The notes under the pieces are model-generated. The model saw only the letters and a list, made by a program, of their open reading frames with translations. It was not told where the DNA came from and searched no databases. A stretch of 63,327 nt of DNA, counting the filler, from Intoshia linei (Eukaryota > Animalia > Orthonectida): assembly GCA_001642005.1 (NCBI GenBank). It is 6 parts of 6 records of this genome, joined end to end, with 100 filler letters (N's around TTAATTAATTAA, not from the genome) between each part and the next. Parts side by side here need not be neighbours in the genome. Positions count along the whole stretch, not along the records: positions 32,113 to 54,018 come from LWCA01000615.1; positions 54,119 to 58,863 come from LWCA01001879.1; 4 more parts are not named here. One strand, written 5' to 3'. Shown here piece after piece: positions 39,501 to 54,345 of this stretch. Both the position numbers and the translations under genes were made by a program. Position 1 is the stretch's first letter. Each line of letters begins with the position of its first letter.

Positions 39501-42500
39501 TTAATAAATAGTTTATTTGTCTTTGAAATGTTTCCAAAATATTCAATTAGGACTGTTACTTAAAATTGTAGTCATGTACAATTTTGTAGTTTTAGTCATT
39601 TCAATTTGGTTTTAATATACAATTTCATTTTAAGACATTAATGACCATTGATTTACATACACCTTTAATAGTATATTAAATTATTGGAAAATTACTTTGA
39701 AACGTTTAATAAATTGTTGCAATAATAGTTTAGCAAGTTGACACCGCGACTAATAGCATTACGAGCCAAGAATCCAAAGAGGATAAAAAATCCATTTCAA
39801 GTTGGAAAACTTCTAGCACTATGAGCCACATACCTATTAAATCTTTAAGGACTAAAATTAAAAGTGCATCCAATTTTTTTAATAAAAAGGTTTGTTTTTG
39901 TTTTTATTATACAGGCTAATTTAACGTTAATGGAATAATTGGTCCTGAAAAAAATTTCATTCCGTTAACGAGGAAGTTTTTATAAAGAGTGTAACAGTGT
40001 CACATTAAAACAGTGATCCTAGACGACCGCTACATTATTATTTTAAAAATATTACATTTATCCCACCATTAATAAAATTAAAAAAAACCATTTCAAACCC
40101 TCAGGGAAATATTCACTTTGACTGATATTTTTTTGAAAAATCCGATTTTAACAAACCTAATGAAAAAAATTATTTTTTTCCAACATTTTTTATGAAAAAC
40201 ACCATTTTACTATATCCTACGATAAGAAAAATCAAACCACAAAATAAAAAATCTAATTTTTCTAACTATTAATGGAAATATCTTTTTCCAGTATTATTTT
40301 GAAAAACTGATTATACTAAATCTTACAATAACCCAAAATAAAAAATCCTCTTTTCCCAATATTTTTTTGAAAAACACAATTTTACGATGATGAAAAATCT
40401 TTAATTTTTACATCAATGTTTCTTTTGGGGTCCAAAAAAATAAATATTTTGAAATGGGGTTAGTACACTATTTAAACCGGGATCCACTGCATTAAAAAAT
40501 GTAAAAATTAAAATATTTTCATTTTCATTCTACTTAATATATATTTGCAAGTCATTTCTTTTCTTATTAATAATCAACCATTATTATCATCATTAATCAA
40601 GAAGAAAATAAAATGTTTTACGTACATGTGTATCTAAAGCTTTTAATTTGAACGGAAAAAGCTTTAGTATAATTTTAAGTTAAAATTTAACAGAATTTTT
40701 GCACTTCAGTAAAATTCAGTCCGTTAATCAGAAATTTTTTTCCGTTAACAAGGAATTTTGTTATAAAGATATTAAGTTAAATAGGAATTAACATGTATCA
40801 TGATTATTATTAAATATTTTTTTGTAATTTCAGAAATTTAATAAATAACCCGTTTAATTAAAAAGAGTACTTTGGGCTTTTAACCAGTAAGATATAAGTT
40901 TTGATGTTGATATTTACGAAAATTTTGTTACGAAAAACGTCCCATAAGTGTGTTTTTTTAAATTTTAGGACTGATTTAATTTTTGATTAAAGGCAAATTG
41001 GGTTTTTCACCCTGAAGGATTCAATTTCAGAAAATCAAACATATATCCAAACACCTGCACAAAAGTGTATTTGAAATTTTGTGTTTCAATTCTACGACTG
41101 TTAATTTATACGTATAAAATTATAATAATGAACGTTAATTTTATATAAGTAAAGGATATTATTAATTGGGGAGTAATGAATTTGTCAGTATTTAATAAAA
41201 AATTTTCTATATTTTCAACATAAAATTGTCAGTATTGAATTACATATTTGTCAGTTTTTAGTTGCTTTCTTGTCAGTACATAATTACATTTTTGTAAGTA
41301 AATATATTAACTAGATCAGTATTTATCGAAAATTGTAAGTAACTTAACAAAAAAGTATATAGAAATAAACAAATTTTGTCAATAAAAAAATTGAATTGTA
41401 AGTTTGATGATTTTGGAGTGTCAGTATAAAAATTAAAAATCTAGTTTTTGATATAATATATCATCCACTAAAGACTTAAGCTAAAACTGAAATATTAAGA
41501 TACCATATTATACCTACAAACCATATCACAAAAAAATTAGAAATATTCTATGGTGTTCACACCAGAGAATATTTTTTTATGAGAACAAATTATTATTTTC
41601 ATATATTTTACAAAAGCATTTTTTGTCAGTTTCATTTTATAAAGAACATTCAATTCAAATACTGACACCTAAAATACTAACAAATTAATAAGAAAAATAC
41701 TGACGCGATAAATACACACCTTATTAATTTAGTATTGTAGTTATAGTCAATAAGGTCAGAATGTTATAATACGTATTATAATGCAGTTTAAAAATATTAT
41801 TAGAGTGTAATAGGGATTTGAATTTTAGTAGTTTTTTTGGAAATTGTATGGTGCAGGAACGGATAAAGTTGCGTATGACAGTTTTATGGCTACACTAAAA
41901 AAAATTGATTTTGGAGACGCTTGCCATTTTAAAAATTTCATATAAAAACTAAAATATAACTTTATTTTCTGGAATGTTATGATGATACCTTTAACTATGT
42001 TGATCGTCATGTTTGGTTGTTCACTTTGCATCTTTAAATTCAATTCTACCTCATTTATTTTAGTTTATAGTGAAAATTCTTATCAATGAAAAAATTTATT
42101 CAGTTTTTATAAAATTATAACATCTTTAAACATCGATTATATAAAAAGTAAACGAATAGCAACACATATAAAAACTACCAATTTGTTGAACCTGCTTTTT
42201 AGCATACATTAATTAAATTAGAATTTATAATGATGTAATTTATATATTTAATATTGTCAATTTTAAATTATGCATTACTAACACGCAAACCAAATGTTAT
42301 AATATTTCAATTGCGTGGTTCAATATTTGGGTTAATTTCAAAGGCTAATAGTTACAAGTTGTATGTTACAACTAAAATTAAATTTTGAAAAGTATGTTTG
42401 AAATGTATGTCAACGTCAAATACTTTGTTAGCAAAAAAATAATGTACCTAAAGTTCTGCCAAATATGACTAATTTATTTGATAAATAGCAGTACAGTTTT

Positions 42501-43370
42501 AAATTCAATATTTTTAATCAATAATACCAACATGAGTAGAATGATTGGATGTCTTATATATAACAAACATTCTATAGCAATACACTTTTATTATACACAA
42601 TATTATGAGATAATTTATACATTAGAAAAATATGACTGATATTGAGGAAGATTTCCTCGATCAAGTTTACAGAATACAGTCTCGAAGAATAAATGGTCAA
42701 CGAGGTACTTTCAACTCGCAATTGAGAAGATCAAAAACTGAATCACGTAAAGAAGGTTTACTTTTAGTATAATATTCAAGTATGAAATGGTAGATGACGT
42801 TGAAAAATTATTCGACATTGTGATTGGAGCTCAAAAATATCGAATGAATGACCAGAGAGGTAGTTTCAATGACCTGAGTACTTCCAAGCCGTACAAAAAT
42901 GTAGATTCGGCTAGAAATAGCGTTAGTTTATGTTTATCCATATTTAAAAAAAGTTTAGAACAGCCTACTGGATTTGGACTCTTACTTTATTGATATTGTC
43001 ACCAGAATTCAAGGAAATGGGTTTAATGACCAAAGATCAGAATTACCACAAAATTTACAGAATAGAACATCTGAAGGTATTTACTCTATTTATTGTTTCC
43101 TTACAATTTAAAATGTAGCTTTTTCACCAAGCAACTTTTTCGATATGGTCGCGTCTATCCAAGGGTCTAGAATGGACGACCAACGTGCAACAGTCACTAA
43201 TTTTCCAGGGGTAACGAAAGCCAAAATTTTAGAAGAAATGTTTTTCAAAAATCTAATCAAAAATCAAGTAATTTTTTTATTTTTATTTATATTTACACAA
43301 TCAGAATCGACGAATAAATAACCAAAAATGCTCATTACCAATAAACGTTTCGAATAAAAAATATACATGA
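36537..43370 (+). CDS. pins: Pins/GPSM1/2 (AGS3/LGN) homologue: TPR array, RRKSMDN linker, GoLoco repeats
   Basis: TPR exons 36537-37593; linker exon TILRRKSMDNI (~38897-38966); GoLoco FLDQVYRIQSRRINGQR, LFDIVIGAQKYRMNDQR, FIDIVTRIQGNGFNDQR, FFDMVASIQGSRMDDQR, FFKNLIKNQNRRINNQK. Confidence 0.88.
41168..41720. mobile_element. Mutator-type MITE in Pins intron
   Basis: 9-bp TSD ttattaatt; G...C ends; subterminal tgtcagta repeats, inverted (tactgac) on the right. Confidence 0.75.
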
Positions 43371-43448
43371 ATCAATAAATTATTATTTTACTCAATACAT
43401 TTAACATGGGACCACAAAAAATTGTTTCCATCTAAAATCAATTTAAAT

Positions 43449-46400
43449 ATTAATACGAACGTATAACATACCATTGACGGATAATTGCGAGTATATATAT
43501 TTCCAACTGGATTGTACTTGATCATCAAACGTCTGCTAATGAAATCTTTAAAATAGCGTACATGCGCAATCTATTTAATACATTTTAAACTTTACTAAAA
43601 TCTACCTTTTTAGAGTTTACGTAAAAATCTACGCGTTTAGATTCATTGAATTTTAAATTATTTATCCCAATTTCCTCTATTCTAAAGTAAAAGTATAATT
43701 AGGTTTGTTGTAGTCTAATTCCTGAATAACGGAATATGAATACATATTAAAAAGTTGACTGTAAACAACCATTTTAAAATTGAATTGTAATGATAAAACG
43801 TAAACCAAGAAAATCTTGATAAATTTTTCTTTTTACTAACACTAAATATATAAATACTGTAAAAATGCACTTACTTAATAAACTGACTGTACTTGAAGAA
43901 TTTTCAAACTACTGTAAACTAAACTGCTAAACTCTGGTCAAAAATTTCCTTTTATTTAAATGATGGCTTTTCAACCTTGTTCATGTATCGCCCATTTTTT
44001 GTATTTTTATGGTGATATTTTTTATTGCCAACTGTAGAATAATCTATTTTAAAAATCGAAATTTTTAATAAATGGGAAAGTTTTTTGTAATTAAAATTTA
44101 ATGTGAACCTTGACATTGGTTTTTAGACATTAATAATTTTATATCTGGTTCAATTCTAGTCTAAAATAATCGAAGGTCTCCTTTTCGTCTATTTTTAAAG
44201 ATTTTCTGTGTTTCGACAAACAATTGCCAGAAGAAAATAAAACTAAGCTTTACAAAAGTATTTACAACTACGTGGAAATTTAAAAATCGCCCAAATTGGT
44301 AAGCTCTGATTTAAATGCTTATTTAACCATTAAAAAGCATATATGTATTTTTTCAAGTACAACAATTGTTAACGAGGAATTAAACTGGATACTGTATTTA
44401 CTTGTAATTGACTTTTAAGGTATTTAAAATTTCTCGAACTAGCAAAATTGAATTATTCAAATATATTTTATAATCCATTTCATTGGTAAACATTGATATC
44501 GCGCAAGCCTAATCATATTTTTAAATAGAGAATATTCTTAAACCCAACCATTTTTACTTAAATGCACTTTTACTAACCCTAAAACGAAAAACTGTACAAG
44601 AAAAAATTCCGTTTTATTAACCCTTAAGAGATAAATTCAGTCTTACCAACCCTTAGGGGATTTATTCACTTTCACCAACTCTAAAAGGTTTAAACCTTAA
44701 CTGCGTTTTTCCTTTTAGGGTTGGTAAACTGATTTTTTCCTTTAAGGGTTAATAAAACTGAATTTTTCCTTGTAGGTTTGGAAAAGTTGGAATTTTCACC
44801 TAAAAGAGTTGATAAAACTCGATTTTTCCGTGTAGAGTTTGAAAGAACTGAATTTATCGTTTTAGGGTCGGTAAAACTAAATTCTTCCTTTTAGTGTTGG
44901 TAAATTTTGATTTTTTAGTAAAAATGGTTGGATTTAATGTCTACTAGACACCCTTTTAAATATATTTTCATTTTAATATACCGTTGATAGTTGAAATATA
45001 CCATCTTGTTTAAGGTGTGTAAAATCTGGTACAAAAAAATTAATTATTATTAATTGAAATCTACCATCCAGATAATTTTTTCCAATTGTGAAAATGTTTA
45101 TGTTTAAATTTTTGTCGACAAGTAAACTACGTACATATCCGCCTAAAATAAAATTAATTTATTCTACAAATGTGTGGTTCACACATGTCTTTTTAGAACC
45201 AAACACTTTTTACTAAAAAATAACCAATTAGTGTAGGCAAACACGATCCACAAAAATACAACTTTTCCTTCTTGCTATTCAAAGTTTTGTGTGTGCTTAT
45301 TATATATCTCTAAATTATCAAATTAAGGGGCAATAATCTTGTTTAAATTTTAATCGAGTTACTTCAACGAAATTTGCATATACATTTTGAAATATTTACG
45401 TAAATTGATGACAAACAACGGTATTTTTAATTTTTAAGATAGAAATTAAGAATCGTAAAATTTTAAAATTTATTTATAAATTTATTTTAGTTAAATATTA
45501 GTAAACAGTTAAATCTAAACTTTAGATTCTAAAGGAAGATTTTAATAAGAAAAATTGAGTTAAATCTGAAAAAACTTACCCATGTTAGAGTTTATGTAAC
45601 AAACAAAACAGTCAAATTTGTATTTATTATACTGGTTATTTACATTATTCTATGTAATTTTCCTTTTCTGCCATTTTCCAAATAGGGCACATAGACTTAC
45701 GTTAGACGTTAGACTTTAACATACATGTTAGTAATATTTCTACATTTTATTATATTCTGTTAACAACTACATTTAAATTTGTATCTCAAATTTGCAATGT
45801 TTGTCTTGTCCCAAATTGAGAAATAAGAGAAAATATTGTATTATTAAAATTACATCTCCGCAATTATCGGTATCATACCCACATCCTTCCTAAATTCAAA
45901 ATAGAATCAATTTATTGATAATACACCATTTAAGTTTCAATAATACCAAAATATCTTCTAAATCTTTAAAAATTGGCTAAAAAAATTCCCCTAAAGAAAT
46001 GCAACAAATAATTTAGTCAAAAAACAAATGATATGAATAATTAGCCAAATCGATGATTAAGTCGCTCAACTGAATGTTCGCAATAATGTATAATCATTAT
46101 AACGATTGGAAAGATCACTGAGTAATGTAAACCATTTTCATTTGTAACTGTAAAATTTCTACATAGATATGTATAAATGGGCCTTATGGAAAACAATCTA
46201 TAAAATAATTACTTTCATAAAAATGTAGTTGAGCCACTAATTAATGTTACAGTAAATTAAAAAAATTTCATAGATAATTATAGATCAAAAATACATTTCC
46301 TAGTGCAAAATCACAAACTAGATATTCATTAATTTTGAACGAAATTAAAACAAAATAACTATCGAATTCATATTTTTAGGTTGCCCGTTTTAAAAATTAA

Positions 46401-47623
46401 AATAAAATAATACCAAGACAAATTGACGACTAAAATCATTTACAATAACATAGGAAAATTTTTTTGATGTGAATTTTTTGTGAATAATTTCATTAATTTT
46501 TTCTTCGTCTATAACCCAAGAATTAGTAATTGTGTTGAACAATGTCGTTTTTCTAAATTTGATAATTTCAAAATTTTAATATTTACTTGAACGAATCAAT
46601 ATCGGCGTCATTTTCTTCAAATTGATCAATTACATCAATAACTACATTGTTAGAATTGTTCTATTAAAAGTTATTTATAAAAGCAAGTTTAAAAATTGTA
46701 GATCCAAGACATGAAATATGGTAATCTGTAAATAATGTCATGGAAATGTATAACCCAAAATTAAATTTTTAATTTTTGTATTTACCTATTGGACCATCAA
46801 CATTTAATAAAATAGACCTGGATATTCTTTAAATTAGCACCAATTGAGAATTTTATGATAATACATGTATATAATAATTTTCTATATAAAATTACATTTA
46901 ATCGGTCAGAGTCGGTAATTTTAAAAACTGTCAGTTGAATGACGAAACCAAGAAAATTGAATATTCGGTTATGCTAGCTCCTCCCAAATTCAGGTCCGCA
47001 GAACATGGTGATGTGATTTTATAAAGTTTAGTATCAATAACATCTTAAAGGATCCGACAAAGTTTAATATGAAATTATTGGTGCTGATAAAAATAATGAT
47101 AGCCGCCGGGGTATTTGATAATGACCAGAAATGATAAAAATTAAATATTATTTAAAGACTAAACGGATGGCTAAATTAATATCAGATCTGTAGTGGATAT
47201 GAATTACATTTTCTAATTGAACGGGTAACTGCAATATTTGAGGTAATAAAAAATTTTCAAAATGTATAATTTTCTGTCTAATTAGGTGCAAATTAAACGT
47301 ATATCTGTACGTATTGTAGTATTCCCTTAAATTTAGTAAAATATTGTAGTTGTATGACTAAAAATAATAAATTGTTGTTATCAATAAATAACCAAATTTG
47401 TCAGGTAACTTTTGGGATAAATATTCAAACGTTCATCTCTAATGAACTTTGAATTATATTTAGCTATATATTCCATGTCAGTATCAGTAACCACATGTGA
47501 AACTAGAGGTGAATTTTCTCCGTGTTTAATGAACAATTTATTAAAAAAACATTTCTGAACTTGATATAAAGACTTTTGATTAAACTTAAATAAACGAGGA
47601 ATAAGTGAGTGAAAATTTATCAT
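43449..47623 (-). CDS. Unassigned multi-exon gene(s); first exon resembles a mitochondrial presequence
   Basis: ATG 47623, MINFHSLIPRLFKFNQKSLYQVQKCFFNK (basic, no acidic residues); GT-AG bounded exons continue toward ~43.45 kb; full frame unresolved. Confidence 0.5.
44541..44935. mobile_element. Foldback element built of ~30-bp tandem units in inverted arms
   Basis: ccaaccatttttt / aaaaatggttgg ends; unit ~ttttagggttggtaaaactgaatttttcc about 7x on the right, reverse complement about 4x on the left. Confidence 0.75.
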
Positions 47624-47641
47624 TACAATAAAATATTTATT

Positions 47642-50536
<2,895 letters not shown>

Positions 50537-50738
50537 TATTATAATTATAATAATTATATCATGATAAAAGTTTTATTATCGTTAATGTATACAATTTTAA
50601 TGTTGCCTAGAGAATTAATTTTTACAAAAAAATCTGAAATAATTGTTTATTATAAATTTACATAAATTGTACAGTCAGTATGTAATTCAAGTAAAAATAA
50701 GTTGATCGTTCTAAAAACAAAATAAAACTTTAAATTAA

Positions 50739-53156
50739 CTAAAACTTTAATATTTCTCCAAGCCACGTCTTTTTCATCCTTTTTGGTAAGTTTGTAATCC
50801 TATATACGTTTAATTGATAAAAAATAAATCAAACCACAATAGCAATTATAATAGCAATTGGAATATACAATATCAACGAAAAGAATAGAGTACTTGCTAC
50901 AACGTTTTCCTTCATGAATAAAACTAAACTCAAATAATATAGATTAAAATGTAAAATATAAAATTCATACGTGCTTTATTTATTGTAATTGTTTCTATAA
51001 AATTCCATAACCTTTCAGTAACTTTTCTTATTTGTTTTATACATACACCCTTAAATTCATTACATTTAATAAAACTAAAAAACCTTCTCACATGTTCCTA
51101 TTATACAAGAACTTCCATCACTCAAATCGTACACATCATTAAACAGGTTTTTCTCAGTATCACATACCGAATTAACGTCAGCTTTACAACACATTTTACA
51201 GGATGTTTCAACTAAATAAATTACAAAAAATTTAAAAAGCATTTACGTTTATCACAAGAACATGATAATTTTCCAATTGATTCACAAAATGAGAGGCATA
51301 TACCATTCTTACAGGTTCCTCTAGATTTTATAAAGTATTAAAAAAGTAAAATGTTCAAATTTAGCATAAATTTGACTAAGAATACACCTTAGACGCAAAA
51401 AAGTGTTAGATATTAAAATTATCAATTAATTAAATGTTAATACGTTAATTTAAATTGATGCAGAGGTTCTGCTCATCACAAATAATTTATTTTACTTAGT
51501 TGTTAATAATATGCATAAAGAAACACTTGGAAACACACCTCGGAATGACTAACTATATATAAATTATACTAATTGGTAATTACCCTCCAATACATTTCGA
51601 TCCATCTTTCTTGTGATTTGGTGGTGGACAGACATTAGAAGTTCCATTACACATTAAGGAATCAAATTAACCAATATTAATTTATTCATAATAAATAAAA
51701 TAATTTAAATGTGGGTTTTCCAAACACTATATGTAAAACGAATTCATTCATGAGGATTTTAAAATTATGTACACTAATTTTACAATATATAGATAACCAA
51801 AATAAATACATCAATAATAAAAAGAAAGTAATCTCATGATCTCATCAAATAAATCCTGATGATCGTCGAATGTACTTGTTATAATTATGTAAGTATATAC
51901 AATATTAAATAAAAGGATATCTGCAAAAACTAGCTCCATTGCATGTAATATTCTGAACATCTGCCACAATGCATACAACACCACTACTCTCAAAGAAACA
52001 ATTTTTGCAACATTTACTATCAGCATCGCTAAATTTTAAATAAATTTTATGTAAAAATAATTATACAATGTAATAGTAATTTAAATCTAAGGTTTAACTT
52101 ACCTACATTTTTTATTAGGGCGAAGTTGACAATTTGGAGCACAACATGGATCCTTATCATCCAAAGTCAACGTACCACTATCACATTCTTCGAATCCAAT
52201 CTCTACTTTGTTATTCCCGCAAATAAACTTAGATTTAGCTATTCAAAAATATAAATGATTATTATTACCGTCTTCCTCACCTTTAAAACATAATCCTTTT
52301 TTCACATCCAACACTTTAGCCATAGATGTTATCGAACATGGAGAAAAAAACTAAATCAATATAAATGGTTTTAAACACAATTATAGAATTACCCTATTGG
52401 TTTTAATTCATTAAATTTACCTTATTGTTAATTTCATACCCGGAAATACTATACGTGTACATAATGAAATTTCCACCTGCAGAATTTGGTGGAGTACATT
52501 CAGTAGATTCTGTGTCATGTTGACTACCAAAATTATGGCCCAGTTCTAAATATATTTTTTTAAAATAAAACCTTATTTGTTTTCGAAATTACATTCAATT
52601 TTATCTAGCCTACTACTACATCAACGATTCCCAACATACTTCACAGTTGGTACCCCAAACTGAAAAAAAATAATTTGGTATTATATAATAATTTAAATTT
52701 ACTGTAACTATGACATAATATCAATTAAAAAAAATTAAAAATGTCAAAACTCTACTTGACCGAAAATTGATATCTGAAAAATCTTTAATGATTGAACTGA
52801 CGAAATACATATAAAACTAAGTATATTATTACAAATTAATTTTTATTTTCTATCATTTTTGGGAATTTAAAAAATATCTATAATTTATGAGTCATAGTAT
52901 CAAACTAGTTGGTACCCAAAAATAATTTCTGGTATCCCTTAAGGGTCTCAGTACCTCCATTTGGGAACCGCTGTACTATATGGAGTCGAAAATCTTGACA
53001 TGTTTGCAGCATTACGAATATAAAAGAAAAACCTATGTAAAAAATAGTTTCAATTACCATGTGCAACAACTATATAATGTTCCATAGTCATAATTCTCTT
53101 ATTATTTTTGTTCAGAGCTGTAGACCATGCGGTATTGTAATAATTGTTGGAAATTG
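50739..53156 (-). CDS. ADAM17: ADAM17/TACE, 5'-truncated: catalytic C-half, disintegrin, membrane-proximal domain, TM, short tail
   Basis: [15 protein letters not shown] zinc motif, FIMY Met-turn, [50 protein letters not shown] (ADAM17 CANDIS/TM pattern). Confidence 0.93.
52622..52973. mobile_element. hAT MITE in the intron that splits the ADAM17 HE codons
   Basis: caacgattcccaa / ttgggaaccgctg; TSD tactacat/tactatat. Confidence 0.8.
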
Positions 53157-54345
53157 CTATTTTTAAAAATAAAATAAGAATATAGTGTAATAATATAAGG
53201 CAGTCGATTTATTAGCCAACAAATAAAATGCGTTAACATTAAATAAAGTCACTTAACATCAAATTGCAAAATTTATCATCAAAATAATACAATAGACGTC
53301 AATATTAAGTAATTAGACAATACTTTTATTTAATTTGATATTTTTTTGTAATAATTTGACTGTTCAATAATCTATTTTGATATAAATTCAATTTTATTTT
53401 CTTAAAAATATCTTTATTTTGACTTGTCTGAATTTTATCGTCATAATATAATAATAAATTGTACTGTATAGATCAGCGTTTCTACAACAGTTTGTTTTAA
53501 TAATCAATTCGTCAAAAAAAGTTTTATCGTCACTTTTAAGTCACTTTATAGTTTTAATAGTGTGACTTTTGGCACTGTTCCAAAGTCGTACTTTCGACGT
53601 ACTTTTCAAAACTAAATAAACTTATAAATTGAAATTTAACTTAAATGGTTATTTTTCTATTGAAAAATTAATCAAAAACATATTTTGTTTCTAAGCAATA
53701 AAATTACTACTTTTAGTACGACACAAATATGTTCAGTCTAGTTTTAATCGTCAAACAGAAAAGTTTTGAATAAAAATCATCCTACAGCTATATTTTTTAA
53801 AACTGAATAAAATAAAACTAAAAAAAGTAAAAATAAAGTTATCTTCTATTTATTAACATTTTTAAATATTAAATATTTTAATATGTATATTAGGGTGTCC
53901 ACTAGGGATGTGAATTTTTTCACTTTTTTGCGCAAATACAAAAGTGCCACCCCATGCGTGGAAAATGGGGTTGAATGATACACAATTATCAAAAAATTAT
54001 ATAAAAAGGATTAAAAAANNNNNNNNNNNNNNNNNNNNNNNNNNNNNNNNNNNNNNNNNNNNTTAATTAATTAANNNNNNNNNNNNNNNNNNNNNNNNNN
54101 NNNNNNNNNNNNNNNNNNATAATATTAATATTTATAATAAATTATATTTAATAATTATATTATAATACACTTATTATGTATGTTATTAACATAATTTACT
54201 TAGTATTAATATTAGTATAACTCTGGGGTCGGCAACCAGTGGCCCGCGGGCCAAAAACAACCAAAAGAATATATTATTTATATTATAGAATAGTTATACT
54301 ATAACTAAGCATTATACGTTTTTATTGGTATTAAAAATTATATAC

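Noticed and set aside
44700-44900. TTAGGG motifs or CRISPR-like periodicity
   Set aside because: TTAGGG is isolated within degenerate 30-bp tandem units; no telomeric array and no unique spacers
46785-46820. LNVDGPI as an NDUFA10/deoxynucleoside-kinase P-loop
   Set aside because: No following GK and no other family motifs recognised
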